This document shows, piece after piece, positions 24,701-37,460 of a stretch of DNA of 64,000 bases (position 1 is the stretch's first letter; each line of letters opens with the position of its first letter). The notes under the pieces were generated by a model. That model was not told the DNA's origin, did not search any database, and saw nothing but the letters and a program-made list of their open reading frames with translations. The stretch lies in NCBI GenBank assembly GCA_047495785.1, contig JBLDXI010000056.1:372001-436000 (forward strand), in the 5' to 3' direction. The translations under genes and the position numbers were made by a program. The stretch is from Lepidodermella squamata. Taxonomy: Eukaryota; Animalia; Gastrotricha.

Positions 24701-25577
24701 CGTATTTTTGAAATATCGCGTCCATCGGCTTTGTTAGTGGCATGTGGAAAGCCAAGGTTTCAAATTGCGGCATCAAACGGAAAGTGTCAGGCAAAGAGTC
24801 AGATGAAGAAATTTTCACTCCACATGCAAAGGGTATGTTGACAAGGGCGTCGATCGGAATTTCAAAGTCGTATAAAATCATGCAGAACATCGCATCCGTT
24901 GATGGTACAAGGTAGACAGAGGTTTTGTCTGCTTTATCGCCCTTCCCTATGACGAAATCCGTAGCTGGGGTAGAGGTTACGACTCCTGCTACCGCGCTTA
25001 ATGAAGCTTTGTTAAATTCTTTTTCCATAGCTCCCAAGTCGTTGGCCCACTGAATGTTAGTTGTATCAGCATTATATAGTATCACGTAAAAACCCCATTT
25101 TCCTCGCGTTGATAAAGTCAGCTTTGCCTTCACCTCACTAGCTTGCTCGTTGTTCCAAGATGTCACAACCAATTCGCCGTTTACACACCTCAGCGATAGC
25201 ATGTTCTCTAGGGTGAAGATACCCGTGTCTTGAGAGCACGTGAGCTTGGCGTAAAACGTCAAGGTGAATTTTCGAATTGAAACCCCAAGGCTGTATCTGC
25301 CCAATGCTGAACCACTGTTCACTGTTGTTGTGCCTGGCAGGTTTTTCGAAAACGGACCTGTTGATGCACTCATCGAATTCTGCGTGATTGACGACTCGAG
25401 GAATGAATTTTTCGATGGAACGAACATGTTGGTAGTGCCATTTAAAAACCAAACAAACTGATTACCATCTACGTACATGACATCCAAAGCTTCGTCCAGA
25501 GAGGTAACACCCTCAGGCCAACCCGTGGCGCTGTTCAACATGCCTGTGATTACTGCCAACACTAGCAGCCAATCCAT
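21721..25577 (-). CDS. Signal peptide + 4 LamG/pentraxin-like domains + Thr/Ser linker + Cys-loop ligand-binding domain + M1
   Basis: Intronless 1285 codons. Four repeats of about 230-250 aa share GP.G, FT.(S/T/A)FY, W.F.A..Y and C..(I/L/F)...L...(E/D)...L...CG. These are followed by TTTSTTISTTS, VWLPKL, the Cys loop CNQNMKDFPFDEQNC (21999-22043), NSEW, LKRSPNYY and M1. The ORF runs on into the repeat and stops at 21417. Confidence 0.9.
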
Positions 25578-26159
25578 ATTTTGATTCCTTCAAGAATCGC
25601 AAATCTGCATAGAGATTGACAAAACGACGAAATGTTGGCACCGTCATGCGAGTTTTGGCTGCTGTCTTGTTTGCAATAAAACTTATTTGCTCAACATATT
25701 TTATTGCGTTGGAAACGGATTTAATCAATTGCCAAAATAGTATCATAGATTGAATTATCTCAATATCCGTAAAACGCATCTAAATTTATCAGGGATCATA
25801 GGTGGGGGAGAAATGCAGATTTGAATTTTTTGCTGTAACACAAAACAAACAAAACAAATCCTGGTGCCAACCAAACAAATCTTTTACCGATGTGAAATAT
25901 TTTCAAAAAATCACCATTATGTTTACTTTTGCATACGTGCTATTCAATTTTTGTCACAGTGAGCGCATCCAGCTCGTCAGTGGTATCTGGCATCATGCAA
26001 ATATCTTCGTGGTCACATGATGAAGACGCTATCCCGCCGCTTTTCAACTGTTCTCGCCTTATCGATGACAACCTTTATGACTCCTGGTCATCACACGAAC
26101 AGCGAGAAGCCACAGACTGACATGCAAACTGTTTTATTTCATTGTTATTCTGTTTCCGG

Positions 26160-26240
26160 TATTTTTCGTTTCAATTTATGATTTATGCCGAGATGTTCTG
26201 AAGATGATTCCGACGAGCTTGATGATAAATGATGAAGAGC
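26160..26240 (-). pseudogene. Degenerate duplicate of the NKAPD1 3' coding end
   Basis: Matches about 28375-28453 (SSSSESSSEH...HKLKRK) with indels. Confidence 0.7.
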
Positions 26241-26649
26241 TTTCATCTGGTTTTTACGTAGAATTCGGATTTCTTCGGCTGATAGAGAAAAGCGAGGCGC
26301 GTTTATTCGGTCGACGAAACTCGGCGTTGTCATGATTGCTGGCCACTAGATGCTGCAATGAGTGGCTGAATGGGATCATGGGTGCGGCCACAAGCAGACA
26401 AGCAGACGAGTTCTTGAGGAACGAGCACTCACATTCGGCAGGCACACTTTGACAGTTACCTCGCTCGAATGCCCGCCTGAGTAACCTGGTTTAAACCAAG
26501 AATTTTGCAAACCATGTACGAGGAGGTTTACAAAAAACGGGTATTACGGCCCAAACGGCTGGTGGCCTAGTGGCGCATTGCTCGATAGCAGGGTATTCAA
26601 AATTTCAAAACGTTGAAAATGCATACATTATTCGAATAATTATTACGAA

Positions 26650-27140
26650 GTGCGCTTTCATACATATTTATGTATGAAATTTTTCCCTTTCATACATATT
26701 TATGTATGACAAAATTAACTTTCATACATATTTTTTTTCATAAAATCGTGTTTTTTAGCCAAACTGTGATTAGGAATTGGGGTTGGGGGTTAGGGTTAGG
26801 TGCCAGGGTTCGGGTTAGGGTTAGGGTTAGGTTTAGGGTTTGGTTAGGGTTCACGGTTAAGGTTTAGGGTTAGGGTAGTTCGAGTTTCGGGTTTCTACAA
26901 AGTTCGATTTTTGGGCCCTTGCGCTTCCCCAATAACCATTTTCATGCGGAAAAAATTGACTACGCTTTCGGAACCCCGTTTTTCTTTCACATAAACCGAA
27001 ATCTAGTGATCTGGCATTTCCCTAATGTTTTCAGCTCGAATTTAATGAAAATAAATATGTATGAAAGTTAATTTTGTCATACATAAATATGTATGAAAGG
27101 TAAAAATTTCATACATATTTATGTATGAAAGTTGGCACCC
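26650..27140. mobile_element. MITE with ~90-bp TIRs and an internal degenerate (TTAGGG)n tract
   Basis: Arms built of tttcatacatatttatgtatga subrepeats (about 26656-26745 vs 27041-27131). Telomere-like repeats at about 26779-26876. Confidence 0.85.
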
Positions 27141-27155
27141 TAATTATTATTTGTA

Positions 27156-27782
27156 CCGTCAAATGGGGTGACTTTTCCAGTCCACTTTGCCACGGAAAAA
27201 TGGGGCGACTTTCGCATAGCCATATCTCAAAGGTATCAAGATAAAGACCCATTGAGTGGGATACCGTTTGAAAGCCCATGAAAAGACCAACTGGAATGTC
27301 TTGAACATTCAGGTAAACCATAATTGGCCTATCACAATACCTGGTGATTAAACACAGGTAAAGATGAGCAAAAGAATACAGTTTTCGGCAGAATTTGGAT
27401 GACTCTAAAGTCGACCAGGTGTGGTCAAAATGAAAAAATGTTGTCATTTTCGAGCAGCCCCTGACACAAGCTATCCAGCGCTACCCCACTTGATAGGTAT
27501 CCGCTCATTGACTTGCGGTTTGAGTTAGGGCAAAGTCACCCCATCTGCATGTAAACCGTACGCGGGGTGACTTTGCCAGTATCAAACGTCAGTTTGTAAA
27601 TTGGATACTGTTCAAACAGCAATACAAGGTATATAATTAAATTCTGCATACTCAGGGCTTTCCGTTGACATCCTATTTCACATACATCATGCATGAGATA
27701 TGGACAGCGTGTGCGATCTAAACTCGATCGCAAAAACCTATGGCAATGTCGCCCCGCTGGCTAAAGTCACCCCATTTGACGG
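27156..27782. mobile_element. Non-autonomous Tc1/mariner/pogo-type element
   Basis: Perfect 20-bp TIR ccgtcaaatggggtgacttt with TA on both flanks. Internal inverted copies of the aaagtcacccc core at about 27531-27575. Confidence 0.9.
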
Positions 27783-27920
27783 TATATATGGGTGTGACTT
27801 TTTTCATGTAGGTCGGTAATTTTTTGCTCATAAATGCATGAATGAAAAATATTGCAAAAACTACTACTACAACAAACTTCGCCATGTTACACCATCGATC
27901 CTGTAAAAATCACCTACATC

Positions 27921-28095
27921 CATGTGACGTAGATGCCGACGGACGCAGGACTACCCCGATTTTTCGCCTGAGCCACAGAACACGGCCCAGCCCCTGCATC
28001 AAAACAATGATAAATCGAACGAGATTATCTTTTTCGCGATGTTTTCAGGCAAAAAATCGGGGTAGTCCTGCGTCCGTCGGCATCTACGTCACATG
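27921..28095. mobile_element. 175-bp MITE with an 8-bp target-site duplication (P-element- or hAT-type)
   Basis: About 45-bp TIR catgtgacgtagatgccgacggacgcaggactaccccgatttttt. cctacatc is duplicated at 27913-27920 and 28096-28103. Confidence 0.93.
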
Positions 28096-28333
28096 CCTAC
28101 ATCAGGCTTGCCTTTGAAGCATTACGTGCGGCCGGTCGAAGCCTGCGCACTACCCGATTTGAATCTATAAGTAAAGGGAGAGATGGTACCCAGCAATTAG
28201 TCACAAGTAATTAGGTCAAAAGCTTGCCAACAGCAGCCGACCTTTCTCGCATTTCGGATTGATTTTTATTGCGGCCATTTGCCATCGTGGATGAAAACTA
28301 AGGAAAAGCAACAGACTAATATTATAAAAACTT

Positions 28334-29373
28334 CTATTTTTCTTTTTTATTCTTTTTATGCTTTTTCTTGTCTCTTTTTCGTTTCAATTTATGCCGATGT
28401 TCCGAAGATGATTCTGACGAGTTTGATGATATGCTGATGACTGACGAAGAGCTGTCATCCCGTTTTCTCCGTCTTTTCTGCTTCCTATTTTTCTTCGAAG
28501 ATTTTTCCGATGGGGAACTGCTGCGCCTTTTCGATTTTTTGGACGCGCGTCGCTTTTCATCCTCCGAGGTCGAAGACGAGGAGACTGATGATTCCCGTTT
28601 TCGCTGGTGCTTCTTCGACTTCCTCCGCTCATCTGACGAGGTCGACGAAGATGAAGAAGAACTGCTAGACCTTGAAGGCAGAGACTTCTTCAGACTAGTA
28701 TTCACATCGACGACTTCTTCCGGGTAGAGCGCCGCAAATCCCGAGTGGTCCCACTTGCCGGCGGCCGATTTCGCGATCAGCAGTTCCCTGTTGTACAACC
28801 GGGCTGTCGAAGACGCGGGCTGCAGGTCACGCCGTTTGGGACTGCGACTGCGGTGACGGCGCGATTTCGACGAGGACGCAGCCGTCCCTTCGTCGCTATC
28901 TTCGAATTGGCTCTCCAACCGCCTTTGCTTCCACATTACCCGTTCTTCCTGAAGCTGAGAAAACAAAGAACAATTTCGAGTGTTTTCAAGCAGCTGAAGG
29001 GTTTTGGTTTCAGCGGCGATCAACTTTCCAACTTGCTATTCGAGTTATTCGAGTTATTCGAGCAATTTTTCAGGGTAATTTCTCAAATCGTCTGATGAAT
29101 CAATGGCCAAAGCAAGAACGATTCGGATACTATCCTTAAGGGCTTGTGAAGCGATTTCAGTGCTTTTTCCTACCACAAAAGTCGATACGCTAAAAAGCGA
29201 TTAGCTAAATGAAATTATGAGATAGAGAAAATGGGTATATGTGTTCGATTTATTTCTAGGGCTCTAATATATCACATAGGTAAAATCGCTGTTCTTCCTA
29301 CCTTGTTATGGCTATTCGTGTGCCGCATGATCGTGTCGACGAATCGCGATGAGATCTTCTTGCGCCGCTCCAT
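28334..29373 (-). CDS. NKAPD1: NKAP domain-containing protein 1 (C11orf57-like), 2 exons
   Basis: Exons 29373-29302 and 28954-28334 join to give IMRHTNSHNKLQEERVMW; also KWDHSGFAALYPEE and an S/K/R-rich tail. Confidence 0.82.
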
Positions 29374-30513
29374 GCCTTTCAATAGGTATCAAAACCCACT
29401 AAAGACGGAAATTATCCGCAAATTAAATAATGAAGAACACACCGATGTTTTAGATTCATCAAAATTTTATTAAGAAATTCACTTTCCATCCATCCATTCA
29501 TCGAATGCATTATCGTCATCTGAGACTACGCAAAATTGCCAATTTTACCACTAGCATCATCATCAATCGAATGGGCCTGATGTCGCGTAAAAAGAACCGC
29601 ATCAGGCATCGACAACAACAAAACTATCATAACGACAGCGAGAGAGAGAGACAAACGGGCGGGGCGAAAAAACACGCTCGATGACGACGACGAATCAAAC
29701 AAACAAAACACGGCCGCCAGTGTGTAACACCGACTGTTTCCGAGACGGAAAACGAAAAACTCAACTGCAAGTTCAACAGTTACAGCATTTATAGCACGAA
29801 TTTGTTGCGGTAATCATTATCGCAGTGCCCTAGATTTATGTATATCATCATCGGTTATTAGGGTGTTACTATAACGGTTATTACAACGAGACTAACTCAC
29901 GGAAAAACTAGTATGATGTTATTATGAATACACGTCGGAATGGCGACGACGATCAAAATCAAATCAAATAATGATGTGTACACAATAGAAAAGGACGCCG
30001 CTGTTGCTGTTGATCACTTGCCGACAACGTAAACAAGGTCAAATATTGATATAATTATAATAATAATAATAAATACGCGGCAATGTATAAAAATTCGAAC
30101 TAGTAGAAACGGAAAAACACACACGTCAGACGACAACTAGAAATTATTATGAATTTTCTCGATAGATAAGAATAACATTTACAGAGGTATGAGACGCATC
30201 TTTTACAATCATCATCAAGTCTAAAGGGAGAAATTTTACGAATAATTTTCAATAATATTAATAATAACGTACAAGAATAGGTATATATATACGAGGGTAA
30301 CGATTACTGTGTAATAAATGATGACTTTTTCAAAAATCTTTACGAGAAGGTCAATAAGAGCAACTGATAAAGTGGCACCGTTTTCGACGAGGTCGCAAAT
30401 AAAACGGGGACGTGGAATATCCATCAAATTATTTTCTCATAATTCGAAAATTTCCAATTATAATCGAATTTGAAATTTTCGAATTATAAAAAAAATGAAA
30501 TTTCATATATTTT

Positions 30514-33500
30514 TCAAGCTTGTTTAGCAGATGTGGATGATTGCTGCTGTTGCTGCTGTTGGCGCTGCTTCGCCCGCAGCTTGCCGATATAAGAGTCGAC
30601 AAAGGCGTGCACCTTTTCGCGAATGGCGCCATTCAGCCGCAGCGAATGGTGCTCGCGCTTGCCGTGCTTCGCGCGCTCCTTCTCGTAGATCGACTCGGTC
30701 AATTTGCGGACAATGGCCTTGAAATCGTCGCGCGACGTAATCAGTGCCGGCGATGACTCGTCCGAGCCGGTGTTGTGGCCGTTCTCCGAGTAGTACCGCT
30801 TGAGCAACTTGCCGATGTACGAGCCCAGCTCGTGTTTGAACGACCCGGTTGAGCCTTTTGCCGGCGATGTCCCAGAACTTGGCGATTCTAATGAAAAAAA
30901 TGAATAAAATATCAAGAACAAGCCGAATATTATATTATGTGTCCCACTGAAAACCGGCTGAAAATAAGGGCTAAGAGCTCAGGTCTTAGAAACCTTTCAA
31001 GAACATGACTGAAAAATGGATGCAAATCGATTATATTTGATAACTTGGACGCAGAATATTTTTGGCAAATCGAAAAATTCGTTAGGGGTCGATGTCTGGC
31101 AGGAATTTCAACATTGGGGTCGCGAAGGGGCTAAGTGTTTATGAGCCCTGCTCCAGCGGAACCAAATCACAAAAATTGCATTGCCATCCCGCCGAATGTT
31201 GTGGAAATGTATTTGGTATTAGAATTTTCAAACTTGGGCTCCAAAAATTTACAATTTTACATCGAAATTTCAATTTGCCACAACCTTTAGATCGAAGCGA
31301 TTCCCAATATTCTAAAGTCAACATTTATAGATTTCCCGAACTTTTATATTTGATGTCATTCTAAAAAATCTGAAATTTGAAAAATAAGTTCTGAATTTGG
31401 CCCAAATAGAAATAAAATAAGCGGAAATATTGAAATGAATCTAACCTGAATTGGGACCTGCGCCTTCTACATAGGGCGAACAGTCGTCGATCACATTATG
31501 CACTTCACACGCCGTTGATTTCCGCCGCTGCTTCGCCGAATCGACGCGCCTCACCTTGGACGGCGGCCGCTCGAGCACGCCGCCAAAGGACACCCGTTTG
31601 TGCCGCGATGACGAGCCGGACGATGCGTCCGACGGCGACGGCGCCTCCCACTGCGTCACCTGCGTCACCGAGTTCCAGTAGTACGTCCGCCCCGTCTCGG
31701 CATCCACCGCCGAATTCCACCCGGGTGGCAACGACGGCCCCGAGCCGTTCTTCTTAACCGGCTCGCCGCTCACCTCGTCATCCATAGACAGCACCGAAAT
31801 GAGGCGGGTGATCGCCGGGAAGGAGGACAGCCTCGCGATCAACCGCTCAGCGTCCGCCTCGTTTGACGCGATCGCGTCCAGATCCGCGAGTGCCGGGTCG
31901 GAGAGCAGCTGGGTGATCTCGCCGATGACCATCGCCAGGTCGAGGCCGTGTTGCGCCAGTGTCGACGCGATCAACTCCGCCTCGTTCTTCGGCTCGGGCG
32001 GGCTTTGCGGCGATATCACCATTTTATCGCTGTCGTCGTTTTCCGTCGAATTCGACTCCGCCCCGTCCTCGACCACCGATTTCAGCTCCTCCTCCTCAGA
32101 TTTTTCGACCAGCTGTTTCCGCCGCATCTCCTCCTCCATCGCCGCCTCGAACTGTTTCCTTCTCGCTTCTTTCGACATCACTGGCTGATGGTGGGAATTA
32201 TCGATCATTTTCCGGAAATCGATATTGTTGTTATTGGTCCGTTGAATGCGAACAACAGGGCGGGACAGCGAGGCGGACCACGAGGCGTTGTTGTTCGGCT
32301 CGTTCTGCGAGTGCGGCCGCGCGATCGGCGACGCGTCGATGACCACGCGGCTCGTCGCCGAGACGACGACCCGCGGGATGCGGAACAGCTGCTTCAGATG
32401 CGACCACTTCACGGTGAGCCGGCTCGCGAGTTGCTGCTCCGGCGTTTCAACGGGGCAGTTCGCCAGTCGCTCGATGCACGTCGACAACTGCGAGTCGTCC
32501 AGGACGTTCCTGTTCGGCATTGGCAGCACGTCAAGCAGCTGCAGGACTTGCAGGCTGAGGGACGGGGCTGTTACAGCAGTGGCAGTGGCGGTTGGCTGTG
32601 GCGGGGATTGCATTGAGGACTTGGGCGAAGAGCGCTCCTCGTCGACCAGCCACGACCACAGCACGTCGAGGCCGTGCAGGCGCACCAGGTCGGCGGTGAA
32701 CGCCTCGAGGGGCACTTTCACGGGCGTCACTGGCTTCGAGGCGGCGTAGTCGACGTAACTCCGCAGCAGGGCGACGAGGGCGAGGCGGTGGTCACGTGAC
32801 TCCGCTCGAACCATAAGTCTAGAACAGAAATCACGGGAAATTGTATTGATGTCGAAAATGAAGTCTATCTATCTATTAGCATCACTGAAATTGAGCTCCA
32901 GCTCTAAATTGCCCGACTTTTTCATCGAAAGTGATGCCTCGGTGTGAATTGTCCGAGTTTCTAAGAATACCGTTCGAATCAAAATTGTACGGAAATCTAG
33001 AGCTGGAGGCTTAAATTTAGGGCTTTAGCACTGAATTTGGAGTCGAACCCCTAATTGAAACTTAAATTTGAGGTTCCAGCACTAAACTTCCCCAAAATGA
33101 GGTTCCACGTCTTAACTAGAATATCATTATTTTCATCATCGTGCCAAACCAATAGATTGTACTGTTTTAAGCGTATTTTGCACTATTTTTGGTTATTTTG
33201 TGAGAATATTGGTCTGCACAGTCGACATCGATTTTCAATTACCGATATTGAAAATAAGGGATTTTTTCGATGAAATATAATAATGTCCAGTGTCATGGAG
33301 AGATGCAATATCGGTTGTAAGCAAAGTAAACCCAGATCGCTGAGAATCAGAAACGGGTGTGCCAATAGCAACTTTATGACTACAGCACTACACTCATCCA
33401 AAACATGTTTGTCGAGTTTCAAGGGTTCCCCCAATTTAGGAGGTTGGAAGCATCTTACGCGTCTAATACCTCAAAATTTAATCATAAAATTTGTCAAAAA

Positions 33501-36007
33501 TATCAATTGATTGATCAACTAAACCGCGAAGTCTTAGTAAGTATTGAGAAATGCATACCTGCACAATTCGAGAAGACCAGCCGGTGACCGAGATGGCGAT
33601 GCAGCTAACCGTTCGATTTTCTCACCCAACTCGAGCGCCTTGCGATCGGGCGCTCTCGCCACCAACTCATCCGCATCGGCATCATCGCCGATGGAGCTCT
33701 GCTGGTCGATGGAGCCATTCAAACTCGCCACGGGTACCACTAGCTTACCGATATAGCCGCGGCATTTGGGCGAGCCGCACAAGCATGTCTGCACCTTCTC
33801 GCCGTAGGTTTCAAACTGGTAGTCGAGGGTGACCTCCTCGCCGGGCTCGATGCGGCGCCGCGCGAAGAAGCCGATTCGAATCTGCCCGTTCACCGTCCAC
33901 TTCTGAATCTCAGCATTTGGATCACACGCGTGGTTCATGTACCGCGCCATATTGCCTTTGCGAGTCGCGTCGACGTACTGTTCGGAGTTGAGCGCCATGA
34001 AGAACCAGTGTCGCCGACCCGCCTTGGAGTACTTTTTCAGCCGCGATCGGAACTGTTCGAAGTCGATGACCTCGCCGACGTACTCGAGCAAGAAGTCGCC
34101 GGCGGCGAGGGGCGCATCGCCCGCCAGCCGCACGCCCAGACCCTTGGCGCCGGCGTCGAAGAGTTCGAGCGGCGCGTACTCGCGGCGTTGGAAGCGCTTG
34201 TTCGCGCAGTAGTCGCCCGCTGCGCACCGAGAACCGCATTCCACGTACAACTATAAAACACATCGGTTTTAGTCATGAGAAAATCTATTAGCCAATAGAT
34301 TCTATCATTGGCAAAAAATATTTAGAATTTTCATATTTCATCAGAAAAAGTTTTTCAGGTTCTTTTCATTTGTTTCTTAGAACGCCTTGTTGTTAAATTT
34401 TTGATGCCTAAAATCTTTTAGCGGACTCAAATTTTATAACTTAACGAAATAATTAAAATGGCATTTTCGAAAAATATCGATTAAGCTGAGTGCTGATGAG
34501 ACCTTATACTGGCAATCACACAAACTTTTATGGGTATTTTGAAATATATATTTTGAGGGATCTTGAATAATTGATCAAGTAAGAACCTTGTTGAAATTTC
34601 GCAAAAAACCACAAAATTTACCATTCGATTGAAGCATTCGGTAGGCGAGGTGCATCCGAGCCGGCCCTCGGCCGCCATCTCGGCCGTGAACGCGCACTCG
34701 CACGTCATGCGGCGCTCCGGCTTCGGCACCTGCGATATGTACTCGTTGTCCTCGATGAACTCGAAGTCGGCCCGGTGCTCGCCGGGGAACGTCGGCGTCG
34801 GCACGTCGCGCACGGCGGGCGGGGGCGGCAGCGCGTGGCCGTTGTGCTTCGCCGGGCTCGAGTGCGCCGTCAGTGCCAACGCGTTCATCCACCGCGACTT
34901 CAGCTTCTCGGCGCGGCCTCGGTTCCGCGTCTGGATACCCTGTGTCGCCGGCTCGTCGGCGGCACTCGCCTTCTCGCGGTCTTTACTAGACGGGCGGTGG
35001 TTCGTCGAGCTGTCCAGGCTGCCGTTCAGCAGCAGGCTGTCGTCGTTATTCGCGCTGATCGAGTCGTTCGCGGGGCCGTCGTCGTTCGCCATCACGCGGA
35101 TGAAGTGGCCGAGTTTCGCGATCAGTCCGGCGTTCGACCGGGTATTGTTATTAGAAGACGTCGAAGCTTCGTTATTCGTCTCACTTGACCCATTCGTAAC
35201 ATTATTATTTTCACCTGAATAAAGAAATGTTCAAATTAAGAAAAATGGGTCATCAAACATGACACTGATTGTAGACTTCAAGTGCTAAAATAAGAGTCCT
35301 AGCAATAAAACAGCCCAATTGCAGAATTTAATAAGGCCCGAACAAATCAAAGTCATGAAAAGCGAAATATCCAAGAGACAAGAGATATCCAAGGGTTAAA
35401 AAGCTTTGAATCTGAGCTGAGGTTTCAGAACGCTACTTTTCAAGAAACTAAGAACAGGAAATACCGATGAAAAATCGATATTAAATAATCAATTTTTCAA
35501 TTTTAAATAATCAATAATCAATTTTTCAACTAAAAATTGGTTGCTTAATCTAGTTTCTTTCCAGAAATAGCAAACCAAATTCGAATTTGTTATCGAGCTC
35601 TTATGACGGATAAAGGAAAGACATTTTTAATCTCAAGTGAAACATCGATGTTCTTGCCACCTCGAGCGACTGACGCCGAAATGTTTCAGGAAATTTACCA
35701 TCATGCAAATTTGAATAAAACTAGTTATAAATTTGTTCAAACAGCAGTTATAAAAGCCGATTGCCTACTAATGAGAATTCAATCAATTGAAAAAAATTGA
35801 CGCTTCAAATCAATCAAGTGCCATCCAATTTATGCATGGGCTTCAATTTTAGACATTCGAGAATGATTGCACCGTTCACGTACCTGTTGCAACAATAGCT
35901 GCCGCTGTAGAAGAAGAGTTGACGGCCGTTTTGGCCGACCTGAGCTGCTGCTGCTGGGCAGCCGTGGCGCCTCGCTGCTGTTGGCCGCCGTTCACCGCCG
36001 GAGCCAT
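30514..36007 (-). CDS. SETD2: H3K36 methyltransferase SETD2/Set2, 5 exons, about 1051 aa
   Basis: Exons 36007-35884, 35214-34622, 34250-33559, 32818-31446, 30887-30514. AWS, SET (RYMNHACDPN, EEVTLDY), post-SET CLCGSPKC, RLMVR, WW (LPPGW...YYWN...TQWEAP) and a C-terminal SRI domain. Confidence 0.93.
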
Positions 36008-36497
36008 GTTTTCGTCACTCGCAGTCAGCAAAGCAGAAGCGTTAACAAGTCTCATTGGTTGCTCGCATCAGGGCTCACGGTGGCTGTCGCACTGCTGCTG
36101 CCGGCACCGAATCGCTCGCTGATGACCTCACACACGCACCGATCGATCGATCACTTGACTCGCGTCAGTCACACGAGATCAGCGTTAAATCTCTAACAAA
36201 CCGCCCGCAACAACAACAAATTCAACTAAAATACCTAGGTACACCAGAGTAATTAAATTAAGAAAAAATTCATTATCTTGTTTTACAAACAACATTATCT
36301 GGAATAGAGCTAAAAATCACAATATCGATATCGAAATTTGAACAAGAATATAGAACTACATATATATGTATGAAGAACAATCGAATGACTACAAATTTCG
36401 CAGGTAGAACACAGCCGGTCGGTAGGTTTATTTCTCTGTAAAAAGCGAGTCGTTTCATTGGAAAAATTGGAATGGCTAATTGAGAACCGATGCTGAG

Positions 36498-37460
36498 CTA
36501 GTCGTATCTGTGGAAAGAAAACAAGAAAAACGTCAAAACATTTTCAAAAATTGTAAAATTAGCCAAATATAAGGCTTATAGGATCAGAGCAAAATGTGTT
36601 TTTTGCTGTCTCAAAAAATTAAACAAATATCATCCAAGTCCAGGTATCCAGATCTCCCAATTATTGCCTCAATCAGAAATTCAGAAGACGGTATTTTAAG
36701 ATTAAATAATTGATAATTCCTGCTGTTCCAGTGTTACCTTGGATTTGTTCGATCAAAAAAAATAGAAAAATCGAGAAGAATTTGACTTGAGACTTTAATA
36801 TTGTATTTCAAGCCTAAATTTTCGCTCGATTTCACTATATTGATGTCATGTACATGGTACTCACATTTTACGAGATGAAGGTGAGGCGCGTCGATATCTA
36901 GCAGGTGTTGACATATTTGGCGACGAATTTCGCGTCTGAGATCGCGACCTGTGCACAGGCGACCGGCTTCGAGATCGAAAACTGCCGCTATTCGCATTCG
37001 CACTATGCCTCTTGCTCATCTGATACATCTCTTCACTGCTCTGTCGGCGTTGATTTTTCGGGCAATCGTACGCGTAGTGTCCACGTTCTTGGCAGTTGAA
37101 ACACCGGTCGTGCGGGTTGAATGGTCGCGAATTCCGCCGGTGCTGCGCGCTGTAGTTACTGCGATTCGAGTCGAAATTAGCGGATCGATCGTTCGGCTTC
37201 GCTTCGTTGATTTCAACGCGTAGTCGAACGCCGCAAACTGTGCGGTTATTTAGGGCCTTACACGCGTCCTCGGCATCGCGTTGCTCGTCGAAAATAACGT
37301 AGCCGAAACCTGGCCGATCACGTGACACCCAGACGGATTTGAGGCGGCCGAATTTCGCGAATGCCTTCTCTAATTCTCGCTCGTCTGAATCACGTTCGAG
37401 GCCGCCGATGAATAGCCGGAATCCATCGTCGCCCAACGAATCAGTAGATCTCGCAGACAT
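36498..37460 (-). CDS. SRSF7: SR splicing factor, RRM + Zn knuckle + RS (SRSF7/9G8-like)
   Basis: RLFIGGL / PGFGYVIF RRM, CFNCQERGHYAYDC knuckle and RS dipeptides. Exons 37460-36865 and 36507-36498; the unspliced form would stop at 36861. Confidence 0.85.

Noticed and set aside
26779-26876. TTAGGG tract as a chromosome end or fusion scar
   Set aside because: It is short, degenerate, in one orientation and enclosed by MITE inverted repeats.
31505-35222. Many overlapping 70-220 aa ORFs opposite SETD2; similar ones over neuroglian, GRASP and EFCAB6
   Set aside because: These are shadow ORFs caused by GC-rich codon usage and carry no motifs.
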